DNA of 64,000 nt, taken from the NCBI GenBank assembly GCA_963664705.1, contig OY761556.1:5088001-5152000 (forward strand). Reading direction: 5' to 3'. Below the pieces are notes generated by a model. The model was given only the letters and a program-made list of their open reading frames with translations, did not search any database and had not been told where the DNA came from. The translations under genes were made by a program, and so were the position numbers. Shown piece by piece: positions 32,931-43,748 of this stretch. Position 1 is the stretch's first letter, and each line of letters begins with the position of its first letter. This DNA comes from Acidobacteriota bacterium. Its GTDB lineage: Bacteria > Acidobacteriota > UBA6911.

Positions 32931-33306
32931 TTTAAGCAGGGGATTAGTGATTGTCAAGAGAGTAAGAATCCGAAAAGAAAGATACGTGCGCCGCAAGGAA
33001 GCGGCGATCGTTGACGGCATGTTGCACTTTTTTTGTCTAGCGCCGAGGGGGCGAGGCACAGGATATTGCGGACTGGGATACCTGCTTCTCGTAAGGTTTA
33101 TAGAAGCAAACCGGAAAATCACTTGGAAATTGAACGGGCGATGGGAATCAGGTGTTTTGAAAATTGACTAACCGCAATTTACTTACTTTCAACGACAAGG
33201 ATGAGAATTGGATCCGCATGCCGGTCGGCCAGCCGGGCATTAGAGAACATGCGTCCTGAGAGTGTAGCTGTTTTTGGAGGTAATTCCGGAAGGAAATTGG
33301 ATCCAA

Positions 33307-33329
33307 AATAGAGCAAAAATAGGCAAAGT
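33307..33329. repeat. Arm-type-like motif AATAGAGCAAAAATAGGCAAA
   Basis: Near-identical copies at 38306-38326 and 43669-43691, each within about 150 bp of a tRNA fragment. Confidence 0.75.
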
Positions 33330-33376
33330 GGCTTATGTATGGTGAAATTGAAAAGGCACAAGTGCTTTACAATCAA

Positions 33377-33433
33377 TGCCGGGGATGGGAATTGAACCCA
33401 CACGTTCCTTGCGGCCCCCAGGATTTTTAGTCC
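33377..33433 (-). repeat. 3'-half tRNA-Leu(UAA) fragment, att-like copy 3
   Basis: TGCCGGGGATGGGAATTGAACCCACACGTTCCTTGCGGCCCCCAGGATTTTTAGTCC; the following ~65 bp closely match 17361-17425. Confidence 0.88.
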
Positions 33434-33788
33434 TTTTCAGATGTCCTGAAAATCGAGAATATTCCCAATAACTGCGTACTATCTGCGACTTAGAGTGACT
33501 TTTTCCCTCCTCCATTTCCGCTATTTTCGCAGCAATTCGCTATAGTTCGCGGTAAGTTCCGACCTCGTCAACCCGATTGCCGTCTAACCTAATTCCTAGT
33601 CCAGCGTTTGTTCTCAACTATAATAAATCAGATTTCAACTTATCTTGCTATGGCATGTGGTGCTATGGCACTACATGCCAGCGTGGCATCTCATGCGGCG
33701 TTAGCAAAACATGCTATAGCTCTTCAAAGAACGCTTCCATGCGCACGGTCTCTCCAGGTGAATGTAACTTCTCCATTCTCGAAAGAAA

Positions 33789-34211
33789 TCAGGCGATGGT
33801 TGGAAATGGCCACTCGATGAGCGTTTCAGCGCTGAGTCTGAGCAGCAGTGTGTAGATGAGCTTCTTGTTCTGTAATGCGAGTTGCGCCAAAAGAGGGGGC
33901 ACTGTGAAGACAACATGCGCATAAGGAACGGGAAGAAGTTCTTTCTTCCGTCCATTCATCCAACGACGGCGAGCGTTGGCCTGGCATTTTGGGCAGTGTC
34001 TATTAAGACACGAATTGTATGAGTAGCCAGAATATCCGCATTCTGGATTTGTGCATTCATCCAAGTGATAACCGAGATCAGCCGTGCGGCAGCGTTCGAT
34101 CGCTCTCAGAACTTTCAGATGCTGTCCTGTGATCCAATCGCGACTATTTTCGATGAAGCTTTTTCCAATGGCGCGGACAATATCGGCCACCTCGATCGGC
34201 GGCCGGTCCAT
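33789..34211 (-). pseudogene. IS91-family transposase, N-terminal zinc-binding fragment
   Basis: EVADIVR, CRTADLG, YNSCLNRHCPKCQ, PVPYAHVVFTVP; truncated before the HUH catalytic region. Confidence 0.85.
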
Positions 34212-34380
34212 TTTACTCGCTCGGATTGGTTATTTTATTTGGGAACAAAGCATCAAGCGGACTGACGGCTGCGCTCACTGTGCTCGTAGAATATGGGCTA
34301 CTTGTGTTATACGCGTACTGCAATATTCTATACCATCGTTACACTTCGCAGAAAGAGACTGCCACGGCTTTCCAGGGCTA

Positions 34381-34629
34381 TCAATCAATAATGACTTCCA
34401 GGCTGGATCCCATCCAGCATGGCTCTCCGTTCAATATGACCGGGCTAAATCGCCATTGTTTCAATGCCTCAATAGCTGCTTCCCGCTGAGCTTTGGAACC
34501 CGCAAGCATCAGCTGCCGATTGATTCTATTTTGGCCTGTCTGTTTAATGCTATGCAGCTTTGGGATTCGAATGTCTTCAAAAGACATAATAGGGTTCCTA
34601 ATTGAGGGAGCAACTTGCCGGATCGTCAT
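34381..34629 (-). pseudogene. TonB C-terminal-domain remnant
   Basis: EAAIEALKQWRFSPVILNGEP resembles the TonB_C 'A..AV..WRF.P...NG.P' pattern. Confidence 0.5.
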
Positions 34630-35150
34630 TTCCCCATTTCTATTAGATAGGCTTTTAGTGCATTAAGGGCTCGTGTTTGACCTGGTTGAGACTTCTCGCC
34701 CTTTGCGTTTCGGACCAACTGGCGGAGTCTTGTACGGTCTGCCGTGGGGTAACGCTTCAGGAGGGCTTCAATGTGTTCATCTCGACCGCAGATGAGCGCA
34801 TAAGCAAAATCATCTAGAGCTGTTTTCAAAGGTTCAGGTCTCTGCGTGGCCTGTTCGAATTCATCGAGATCCCTTTTGATCTGGACCGAGTCCACTCCAC
34901 GCATAATCGCGCCGATATGCTGCATCTGTCTTCGCCTAGCCCCATGGGAACTCATTTTCTTAATTGAGATGACTGCCTCTAAGAGTTCATGTGGGATGCC
35001 GGCCTTCTGTAAATAGGCAGTAGGCAGTGTTACGAGCCGCTCTCCAAGCCTCTGCAACTCGATCATCTCCTTTTTTACCCTGGTCCTGCTTTTTCGCTCT
35101 TCCAGCTCAGGTAGCAGCTGTTGGTGAATGGCATCGTATTCCCGTTTCAT
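34626..35150 (-). CDS. yjgA: YjgA/DarP (DUF615) ribosome-associated protein
   Basis: KSRTRVKKEMIELQRLGERL, ARRRQMQHIG, ADRTRLRQLVRNAK. Confidence 0.82.
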   Translation of the reverse strand: MKREYDAIHQQLLPELEERKSRTRVKKEMIELQRLGERLVTLPTAYLQKAGIPHELLEAVISIKKMSSHGARRRQMQHIGAIMRGVDSVQIKRDLDEFEQATQRPEPLKTALDDFAYALICGRDEHIEALLKRYPTADRTRLRQLVRNAKGEKSQPGQTRALNALKAYLIEMGK

Positions 35151-35167
35151 GGTAATTGTTGCCTCTG

Positions 35168-36850
35168 TTATCCGGTCAGAATATCCTTCTGCCTCTTCTT
35201 GCGTACCGGATCTTTTTCTACAAATATTTTCGCCCCGGTGAATGGGTCCAGCCCTGTGTAATACATGAGGGTGGAGTAGGTGGATGGCGTGGGAGTGAAA
35301 ATCTGCACCTGTTCCGGACTCAGCTTGAGGTTCTTATTGACAAAAGACTTGAGCCTTTTCATATCCATCTCAGTGCAACCCGGATGTGCCGCAAGGAAGT
35401 AATAGGTGAGGAACTGCTTCTTGCCTTTCTCCCTTGAAATCTTCAAGAAACGATCACGGAACTCAGGCAGAGAAGCGATGCCTGCCTTGCCCATCTTGCT
35501 AAGCACACCCTGATCGGTATGTTCAGGGGCCAGTTTCATTTGCCCCGACACATGGTGTTCTGCGAGCTCTTTTAGATAGCTTTCCCCGCAGTGCTTGTCT
35601 GCGCATACAAGGTCATGACGGATGCCTGAGCTCACAAATGCCTTTTTGATGCCCGGGATCGCCCGGAGTTTTTCTAATAGATGCTGCTGCCGCCGATGAT
35701 TTATGTCCAGATGAGTGCAGATATCCGGGTACATGCATCTCCGGTGTTTGCATATTCTTTTTTGATTATTCGCTGTGCATGAAAGTCCGTACATGTTCGC
35801 AGTCGGCCCCCCCACATCCTGGATGTAACCCTTGAACTTGGGGTGTGATGTAAGTTTTTTTGCCTCGGCAATGATGGATCCTTCGCTTCGGGAGATCACG
35901 CGTGCGCCTTCATGCATGGCGATAGCGCAGAAATTGCATTGCCCTACACAGCCCCGGTGAGTGGTGATGGAGAATTGTATGGTTTCGACAGCCTTAACCT
36001 CGCCGAGGGCCTGTTCGTGGGGGTGTGCCTTCCGCTCAAAATCGAGCTTATAGGTGGCGTCCAGTTCATGCTCAGTAAGGGGAGGCCACGGCCTATTGTG
36101 TACCAGGTAGCGGTCGCCATGCCGCTGGCAAAGGCTGCCCCCTGTGATAGGGTCGCTATTCCGATAGAAGGCATGGAACATTTCGATGAAGGTATTCACG
36201 TCTTTCGAGACAACTTCATATGAAGGCAGTTCGATGGAGTCCTGAGGCTTTTCTTTGCTGATGGAGCAAATACCTCGCATATCCCTGTAGTCACCATCCG
36301 CGCTCAACCTGCGGGCCAGTTCTATGACCGGGTATTCTCCCATGCCATAGACCAGGATATCGGCCTTTGCGTCGAAGAGGATGGAACGCCTGATACGGTC
36401 CGACCAGAAATCATAGTGTGCAATGCGTCGCAGGCTTGCCTCGATGCCACCGAGCACGAGGGGTTTCTTTGTTTTAGAGCATTGCCTGATGAGATTTGCA
36501 TACACGATAACAGCTCTGTCAGGCCTTTTTGTGTTCAGACCTCCCGGTGTGTAGTCATCGGATTTCCGTCTCTTCTTTAATGGCGTGTAATTGGCCACCA
36601 TGGAGTCGATGCTGCCTCCGGTAATACCCCAGAACAATGCCGGTTCCCCGAGCCTCATGATGTCAGTCGAAGATGTGGTGTTCGGCTGGGAAATGATGCC
36701 CACGCGATACCCTGCCTTGAGCAGTGCTTTGCCTATCACCGCAACACCGATATGCGGGCTATCGATGTAGGCGTCTCCGGTGACCAGGATGATATCGAGC
36801 ACATCCCAGCCAAGGGTCTTTATCTCATGGATTGTTGTAGGGAGAAACAT
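35168..36850 (-). CDS. ygiQ: YgiQ-family (UPF0313) radical SAM protein
   Basis: MFLPTT, VTGDAYIDSP, DSMVANYT, GGIEASLRRIAHYD, RGCVGQCNFC, GGPTANMY, EQVQIFTPTP. Confidence 0.93.
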   Translation of the reverse strand: MFLPTTIHEIKTLGWDVLDIILVTGDAYIDSPHIGVAVIGKALLKAGYRVGIISQPNTTSSTDIMRLGEPALFWGITGGSIDSMVANYTPLKKRRKSDDYTPGGLNTKRPDRAVIVYANLIRQCSKTKKPLVLGGIEASLRRIAHYDFWSDRIRRSILFDAKADILVYGMGEYPVIELARRLSADGDYRDMRGICSISKEKPQDSIELPSYEVVSKDVNTFIEMFHAFYRNSDPITGGSLCQRHGDRYLVHNRPWPPLTEHELDATYKLDFERKAHPHEQALGEVKAVETIQFSITTHRGCVGQCNFCAIAMHEGARVISRSEGSIIAEAKKLTSHPKFKGYIQDVGGPTANMYGLSCTANNQKRICKHRRCMYPDICTHLDINHRRQQHLLEKLRAIPGIKKAFVSSGIRHDLVCADKHCGESYLKELAEHHVSGQMKLAPEHTDQGVLSKMGKAGIASLPEFRDRFLKISREKGKKQFLTYYFLAAHPGCTEMDMKRLKSFVNKNLKLSPEQVQIFTPTPSTYSTLMYYTGLDPFTGAKIFVEKDPVRKKRQKDILTG

Positions 36851-36893
36851 ATGATTAGGGGAAAAGATAACACAGCGGTTTTAGTTTCTCAAA

Positions 36894-38078
36894 CCGGTTG
36901 GTGGCGAATTCATAATTCATGTTGCGATCGGCGTCTGATACATACCCCGACAGTGCCTCCGCCACCCATACGAAGCAGCAGCGAGATTTATCGGTGAAGC
37001 AGGCCCATCACCAATCGGTTCAGGCAGCCGCCCTTCCAACCCGACATGCGTTCGATAGCCATTATAAAAATGCTGAAAGTCGAGTAACTTCGCCTCCAGA
37101 TCGGTCGTCGTCCAGAATAGCGTTCGGTCCAGGCATTCTCGCCGGATTGTACCAATTAGCCGTTCCACAAACGGATGCGATAGAGGCGCATAGAGTACCG
37201 TTTTGATTTCCGCCACTTCCAGAACTCGCAGGTTGGCCTCCCATTGATGGAACCGATATAGGGGATCATTGTCTGTGCTGAGATACTTCGGCAATGGCTG
37301 CCGTTGAATCTCTTGTCTGAACATCCGACCCAATTCCGATCCATCGACGCTTCCGCGATGAACCCCAAATCCGATAATTCGGCGCGTAAATTGGTCCATC
37401 ACAACCAGCACCCAATGCGTTCACAGGGTGAGGGATTCACAGCGAAAAAGGTCAGCGCTCCACAAACTGTCCTTCATGTGACCAAGAAAAGTGAGCCAGG
37501 ATGGGCCAGACGAACCCGGTTCTGGCTGGTAATGAGCGGCGAGAATCCGCCGAACCACATCCTTGTTGATTGGAATATCGAATGCCAACGCAATCTGCTG
37601 AGCGATTCGCGGGCAACCCCACGTTGGATTGCGTTGCTTCATCTCGACAACCGCAGCGATGACTTCATGGCCTGGCCCTTTGGGACCTGACTTCTTCCGT
37701 GACTGGGGCGAGAACAGCAGGCGGTACTTCCGGTCTTTCAGTGCCCGATGGAGGCGCAAGAGAGTTGATGGTTTCAAGACGATTGCTGAACGGATCAGCC
37801 GACCGGGGCGAATGAAAAGAGCACACAAGCTGGCGACGATGCGATCCGAGACACGCAGGTTTGGTGACCGTTGCCGGGAGCGATTCAGGATCAGGAGTTG
37901 GTGTTTGACCAGGACGGATTCGGCAACGACAGAACGGATGCCACCCGGGCGTGTGAGCCGGGCCAGCGTGACGAGCAAATGAACCAGGAGAATGAAGATT
38001 TCGCGCATCCCCAGATCGTAGCAAAATGCGGACAAAACGACGAATTCTGGCTTAATTTAGCAATTCGCCACCCACAGG
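36894..38078 (-). mobile_element. IS element with an rve/integrase-core DDE transposase (IS481/IS3-like), inactivated
   Basis: Terminal IRs CCGGTTGGTGGCGAATT (36894) and AATTCGCCACCCACAGG (38062-38078) match at 15/17; ORFs 37421-38035 and 36917-37411 are in the same frame, split by one TGA. Confidence 0.82.
36917..38035 (-). pseudogene. DDE transposase with an internal nonsense codon
   Basis: ...CESLTL*THWVLVVMDQFTRRIIG...TDND...VERLIGTIRRECLD; TGA at 37421-37423. Confidence 0.85.
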
Positions 38079-38111
38079 AAGTTGGGTTGGCTGTAAGTTG
38101 TTTATTTGCAA

Positions 38112-38165
38112 TGCCGGGGATGGGAATTGAACCCACACGATCCTTGCGGGTCCCAGGATTTTAAG
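38112..38165 (-). repeat. 3'-half tRNA-Leu(UAA) fragment, att-like copy 4
   Basis: One internal mismatch against the 43749 copy. Confidence 0.9.
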
Positions 38166-38400
38166 GTCAAAGTACCGGCTTTTTGTAACTTCTTCAGGGA
38201 GCTGCAGTTAGCAGTTCAAGTATTTGTGCCACTTACACTTCCAATCTAAACAAATACAAACAGACCCGGTATCAGGATGCATGGTTTTGCAGGTTTTTGG
38301 AGGGAAATAGAGCAAAAATAGGCAAATGGCTAAATGTGAATTATTCAATTTCCTATTTGAAATCTCCCGGGTCTTTACCTGTTCGCTATTCAGCGAGCCC

Positions 38401-40548
38401 CTATTTCACTACGACGCGCACACGTGCCAGGTTCTGAACCCTGGCATAGGGAGTCTGGGAATCGCCTTCTCGTTGTGACGTCACTCGAAGTACTGGGAAA
38501 TAGGTTCCCGGCTTCGAGAAAGTATGCGTGACTTTCAGAGTAAGCGTCGGTTGGAAGTCGGTGAGCTTTTCAATATCGGGATAGATGCCGACACCTTCAA
38601 AATCCCACTCGGCAGCAACTATCTTACCCGTCCGCGGAGGCGCCTCAATTATTGCTGTGAATGTAACAGGCTGGCCAACTGTAACCTCAGCGCGTTGGCC
38701 GCCGTTGGCCTTTAACTCAACCACTGGCTGGATCCCCTTACGCTCTGCAGCTGTTGCTGGAACCTTGACCTGGCTGTCGACCACTTTGTAGCTTGTTTCA
38801 TCCGGAGGCTGCACACCCTTCTCGACCCATGCACTTAGATCCCGGAGCGCCTGCTGCAGCGCGCCGCTGTAATCGATGAGCCTAGCCGCGCGCGTTCCGC
38901 TTGGTCTTCCGACATGGTTGGCATGGTCAATATAGTAAAGTCGAAAATCCCTGGCGCGGCCCGCCTTGTTCACCTTCTTGCGGTACCAGTCGGCCTGCCA
39001 CGGAATTGCATCGATGTCCATCAGGTTCTCGATCGCGATCATCTTGCCATTGAACGGACCTTCTTGAAGCGACCCTGCGCCGTTGAACGCGCTGATCGGA
39101 CCTATGAGGTCTTTGCGCTGCGGATAGATGGGCTTGCCATCGGCGCCTCGGAACTCGTTCCAGGCATAATAGTCCGGCGGCGGGACCTGGTGGCGGTGAT
39201 AGGTCTGCAGGGCGAGATACCACGAGTTGTCGACACGCACTTGGTCGCCAGGCTTGAGGTTTGCGATGGCTGCGGGATCGGCGCCAAACATGCCGCTGGC
39301 GGAAACGCTGTCCTTGTCGGCGAGCGGCACGCTTTGGCTGGGCCGCGCGCCGAGGTTCAAGCCCATGCCGGCCAAATCGAGCAGCGAAATGCTCTTGCCG
39401 GCAGCAGCGCCGTTGGTGATAACCAGGTCGGCGCCCGTCAGGTCGCCATCCGGCTTGCTTGACAGCTTGATCTGGGTCAGCGGCCCGGTCGTGGTCACGC
39501 TGAGAATAGTCGCATCGTGACGGATGCGCGCTTTTCCAATAGAGGATTTGGGATCTGTCCCGAGATAGCCCGGCCTAGTCCAGAAGTCGTCGGCATAGGT
39601 CGGATCAACCTTTGGCACATATCCCGCAACGAGCGCAAGCGGGCCGCCATTCAACGTTGGATAGTCAAACCATCCTCGCGGTGGAAACCCCATCAAGGTT
39701 GCTTCCTTCAGTGCTCCTTGCTCCTCTTCGTTCAACCCTGCATACATGTCGCCGCTACCGCCGGGATCGATGGCATCCATAATCTGCGGAAACTTACTCT
39801 TCAGTACGCGTAGCGCATGAATACGGATCGTGAAGACATTGGGAATGGCTTCCGGCGTCCCCATCACATAGGGGACGCCGCCGTCCCATACGCCGATGCT
39901 GTTTTGCAGTGAAGCAATAACCTGAAATGAGCCGCCGCTGCCGCCGGAGATATAACCGTACAGGCGGCGCTCGCCGTACATTTTGGCTGCAAGCACGCGT
40001 GAGAACTTTGCTGCTGCGGCATTGACCCGATAGCCGCCGAGAGAGGGATCGCGGCCGGCAAACGCTTCTGCCACGGAACTGATGCGCTCGGCAGGGCCGG
40101 GAAGCGACTGCACGGCGTATCCGCCGCTCGCAATGGCGAAGGCAATGCTGCCTGGGTCTGCATTCTCACTCGTCAACAGCTGGTGCGTTGTCTGAAAGAA
40201 GCGCCCTTGAAACTTGTCGGGCGGCGGGAAATAGAACGAGAAGCGCGAGCCCGTGCCTGCAAAGTGGCCGTTGACATAGCGGTGGCGCACGGGAGTGTCG
40301 CGCCATTCATCGACGTCGATAATGGCCTCCTTTAGCACCGGGTCAATACAATCTGCTGTAATAAACATGGGAGCGCCAGCCTTTTGCGGACTGCACAGCG
40401 GCGGTGCGGCAGCAAATGCCGGTGTGGTCATTACAGACGATATCGCGACAGCTCCTAACATGACGCCTGCAACGATCCCCATCCATCGTGCGACACGCAT
40501 CCCTGCTCTCAACTTCGACTGGACTGCCGGTCGTTTCTTCATCGCCAT
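38401..40548 (-). CDS. Secreted tannase-like alpha/beta hydrolase with C-terminal PKD-like domain
   Basis: Signal peptide, GGSGG elbow, C-terminal VGQPVTF...WDFEG...HTFSKPGTYFP. Confidence 0.7.
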   Translation of the reverse strand: MAMKKRPAVQSKLRAGMRVARWMGIVAGVMLGAVAISSVMTTPAFAAAPPLCSPQKAGAPMFITADCIDPVLKEAIIDVDEWRDTPVRHRYVNGHFAGTGSRFSFYFPPPDKFQGRFFQTTHQLLTSENADPGSIAFAIASGGYAVQSLPGPAERISSVAEAFAGRDPSLGGYRVNAAAAKFSRVLAAKMYGERRLYGYISGGSGGSFQVIASLQNSIGVWDGGVPYVMGTPEAIPNVFTIRIHALRVLKSKFPQIMDAIDPGGSGDMYAGLNEEEQGALKEATLMGFPPRGWFDYPTLNGGPLALVAGYVPKVDPTYADDFWTRPGYLGTDPKSSIGKARIRHDATILSVTTTGPLTQIKLSSKPDGDLTGADLVITNGAAAGKSISLLDLAGMGLNLGARPSQSVPLADKDSVSASGMFGADPAAIANLKPGDQVRVDNSWYLALQTYHRHQVPPPDYYAWNEFRGADGKPIYPQRKDLIGPISAFNGAGSLQEGPFNGKMIAIENLMDIDAIPWQADWYRKKVNKAGRARDFRLYYIDHANHVGRPSGTRAARLIDYSGALQQALRDLSAWVEKGVQPPDETSYKVVDSQVKVPATAAERKGIQPVVELKANGGQRAEVTVGQPVTFTAIIEAPPRTGKIVAAEWDFEGVGIYPDIEKLTDFQPTLTLKVTHTFSKPGTYFPVLRVTSQREGDSQTPYARVQNLARVRVVVK

Positions 40549-40613
40549 TCCCGTCGTCCTCCTTTGCTTGCTGAATGCACGCTTGCCCTCATTAAGGCAT
40601 ATCGCAATAGAGC

Positions 40614-42209
40614 TTAGTGCGATCCACGATAAGTTATCGCTGCAAGCCCCATGATTTCCTCTCTGTCTGCAGTAAGGATGAAGCCCGCTTTTATCGCAGC
40701 CGTCAGCGAGGTCTCGAATTTCTTCAGGTACTCGCTCTTGCCACCTGGGTAAAGACGGTCGAGTGTTGCTGCATCAAACGGCTCGCAGACTCCGGCCATC
40801 ATTGCCGCCATACCGCCAGAGTTCCCAATCCCGGAAAGGCGCGCAGTCGGCACATCGACCCAGGGAGTGCGGATGCCGCCCTCCGCAAGACCATTCGCGT
40901 CGAGCATGAGAGTTGGAGGCGCACCGGGCTTGTCTTCCTTTACCTTAATTGGATCCGCTTTTTGAGGCGCCTGGCCCGTTTTAATCCAGCGGTCCAGGTT
41001 CCACAGCGCTGCTTCTATAACATAATGGTGCTGAAGGGCATTGTTGACCGGCTTCGCTGACTTGCCCCCAAGTGAGTTGACCGTGGGTTCATTCGCTGCA
41101 GCCAATTTCTCAAGAGGCACTGAGCCCGAATCCATATGTCCGACCGTGAACGTATAATTGTCGGCGTGTGCCGTTCCCGGAATTTCCCACACGCGGAGCC
41201 GTTCACTATCGGGCTGGCGAGCGCCGTAAAAGCCGGGAATCCCGCTGCCGATCAGGTCTGTCTCGGTGATCACAGTGATCACCGGCACTCGCAAATCTGC
41301 GCGAAGCCGGGCGGGGCCCGCCTGTCCCGGCGCGACAGCCATGCCGGAGTTATCCAGCGCTGCGCCGCTGCCGAACCGCGAATGAATCACGAATCCATCG
41401 TAGACTTTGGCACGCGGATCAACGGCGTTCACATACGTGGTCAGGAAAACCGCAGATTGAGACTCGCCGGTTGCTATTATGCGTTTGGGAACAAGCCGTC
41501 CGAGAATCGTGCCTGCATCGGCTGTCCGGAGAAGTCTGCCCGCCTGGGAAAAAATATCATAGGCAAATGCATCCCCCGGATGACTGAGTTTTCCATATCG
41601 CTCCGGATCGGCCTTCTTCAAGGGCACAGCTCTCGGGTCGGCTATCGCCATCAGGCCGAAGCCGGGTTCGATCCCTGCCCTCTGGGCTGAAATCCCTATG
41701 TAGGCATAGCCGCCGCGCAGTATCTCGCGGTGCATTGCATTCCAGTCAGGCGATCCATCGACACCGGCACTTACATTCAGCCACTCGACAATAACAGTGC
41801 CGTTGAATTTATTGGGATCGGTTGGCCGCGCTACCACAATTCGCGTGGCATACGGAGCCGTCCCTGCCGGAACTGCATCCCACCGCCCATCTGAGGTTTG
41901 CACACCTGGAAGCTTGTAGGAGGATGCCGTGCCCGAGACGAAGAACTCGTTGGTTGTATAGCCAAGGGGACCAAGATCGAAATTGCTGAGAAGAAGAGCC
42001 GGCGAGCCCGGCACTGCTACAACCTTGGGCTCTTCCGCATGCACATTGACTGCTGTCATCACGAACACCCACAACCCCAGTCCAATGCACAATGCCACAT
42101 TAAATAAAACCATCGCGCGTACCCCCATTCCATCGCTAGCCGCAACCAACCATGTTCGAATGCTCTTCATGTTTTCTTCCCCTGTTGGACTGTTTTTATG
42201 TTTTCGCAA
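40614..42209 (-). CDS. Secreted alpha/beta hydrolase domain protein
   Basis: RPTDPNKFNGTVIVEWLNVS, GESQSA, EIPGTAH, GGIRTP; start uncertain. Confidence 0.78.
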   Translation of the reverse strand: MRKHKNSPTGEENMKSIRTWLVAASDGMGVRAMVLFNVALCIGLGLWVFVMTAVNVHAEEPKVVAVPGSPALLLSNFDLGPLGYTTNEFFVSGTASSYKLPGVQTSDGRWDAVPAGTAPYATRIVVARPTDPNKFNGTVIVEWLNVSAGVDGSPDWNAMHREILRGGYAYIGISAQRAGIEPGFGLMAIADPRAVPLKKADPERYGKLSHPGDAFAYDIFSQAGRLLRTADAGTILGRLVPKRIIATGESQSAVFLTTYVNAVDPRAKVYDGFVIHSRFGSGAALDNSGMAVAPGQAGPARLRADLRVPVITVITETDLIGSGIPGFYGARQPDSERLRVWEIPGTAHADNYTFTVGHMDSGSVPLEKLAAANEPTVNSLGGKSAKPVNNALQHHYVIEAALWNLDRWIKTGQAPQKADPIKVKEDKPGAPPTLMLDANGLAEGGIRTPWVDVPTARLSGIGNSGGMAAMMAGVCEPFDAATLDRLYPGGKSEYLKKFETSLTAAIKAGFILTADREEIMGLAAITYRGSH

Positions 42210-42275
42210 AATGCAGTTCTCGGTTTTGCATTAAAGATTTGAAAGATGCTCTAGGGTTACCTCATCGCGGCGGAG

Positions 42276-42998
42276 TTAGCTTTCTCTGTTTTTCCTGAGT
42301 TTTAGCGCAGCACGAGACTGTGCATTGGTATTGCCCTGTTGCTTCTGTCGAGTACTAAGCTTTTCTGCCTGTTTGATTGGTTTAGTCTGTTCAGACGTGT
42401 TTTGATTGAACATTAGTCGGGTATGCAGCCCATCGATGAGCGATCGCACCGTAAGTTCGAACTGCGCATCGCGATCGGGCACAGTGTTAAACATCACTCG
42501 AACGTTTGGCAGCCAAGCCAGTATTTCGTTGTCCGGGTGCTGCATCGCGTAAAAAATCATTTCCTCTTTCACAAGCCCCGTAATCGCCATACTGCTCGTC
42601 TTTGCAGCCAACACAGCCTCCGCGAAATCAAGAGCGCTTTGCTGCCATAAACTCAGCCATCGTTCAGTCATCTGCAACATCGTCGGCGTCCAAACGTTAT
42701 ATGCATGGCGCAATTGTGCAACCACTGGATGATTCAGCATGCTCTGCCGCATCCACTGAGCCATGCTCAGCAAATCGTCTTGCCAATTACCGGTAGTGGG
42801 GGGAAGCGGATGTTTGCGGATGCTGGTTTCGACAAGGAGCGTTACAAGCGCTGCCTTATCCCGCACATGGTGATACAGCGCCATGGGCGTAACGCCTAAT
42901 GCAAGAGCGACCGCGCGCATTGTAAAGCCATCGGCGCCCTGCCTATCAGCGATGGCTAATGCGGCTGCAGCAATTCGGTCTTTATCTAGTTCTGCCAT
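42276..42998 (-). CDS. TetR-family regulator
   Basis: FTMRAVALALGVTPMALYHHVRDK HTH. Confidence 0.92.
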   Translation of the reverse strand: MAELDKDRIAAAALAIADRQGADGFTMRAVALALGVTPMALYHHVRDKAALVTLLVETSIRKHPLPPTTGNWQDDLLSMAQWMRQSMLNHPVVAQLRHAYNVWTPTMLQMTERWLSLWQQSALDFAEAVLAAKTSSMAITGLVKEEMIFYAMQHPDNEILAWLPNVRVMFNTVPDRDAQFELTVRSLIDGLHTRLMFNQNTSEQTKPIKQAEKLSTRQKQQGNTNAQSRAALKLRKNRES

Positions 42999-43116
42999 TT
43001 ATCGTTTTTATCCAGAATTAATGGAATGCTCAGCGTCCTTACGCTGGGCATTCATGTGATCAGGTGATGTTCGTAAAAACGCCCGGTACGATGCCTTAAC
43101 AACATACAGCAATTAC

Positions 43117-43129
43117 TATACGTTGTATA
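43117..43129. promoter_or_regulatory. Putative TetR operator
   Basis: TATAC-GTT-GTATA palindrome about 120 bp upstream of tetR. Confidence 0.45.
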
Positions 43130-43748
43130 ATACAAAATGTCTGTAATCAAAGTTTCATCACGCTCATAAGTAGGATGGATGAAGGCAAGCAAGGAAAGGT
43201 TGGATATAGCATCGAGCAACCAGCGATGTAACGAAAGGTTATCAGAAATGAAATCTGATTGAGGGAGAAGCTGTCTGCCAATCTAGTCGAATATTAAGTA
43301 AAAGGATTTTCTCAGAGGCCCTTGCCGCATGCATTCGTTGGAAGTGAAAAGCACTGACAAATAATCCTGTGCCGACAATCCCCTCAACGATGAACCCGTT
43401 TTTTGCTTTCGCGCCGGCACTGCCGGAGCACAGGATATTGCGGAGTTGGATACCCTCTCCTTGAGAAAGTTTAATAGGCAAATCGGAAGGTCACTCGAGA
43501 ATTGAACCGGCAATGGGAAATAGGTGTTCGGTGAACCTACAATCTTCAAATACTTTATTTTCAATGCGGGAATGAAGATTGAATGACTACTCCTACTCAT
43601 ATCTGCGGACATGAGCGCTATCATTTTGGTCGGCTTGCAAGGAAATTCCTGAAGGAAGTTGGATCCGGAATAGGGCAAAAATAGGCAAAGTAGTCCCGGG
43701 ACCAACACGGAAGTATTGGGGATGCCGCTGTAACTCTTTCAGAATCAA

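Noticed and set aside
33179-33403. Small ORFs containing WVQFPSPA / MPGMGIEPTR (also near 27.9, 38.1 and 43.7 kb)
   Set aside because: These are translations of the tRNA-derived repeat, not a protein family
37421-37423. Selenocysteine or programmed readthrough at the in-frame TGA of the transposase
   Set aside because: The position is not a catalytic Cys; a CGA>TGA nonsense mutation in a decaying IS is simpler
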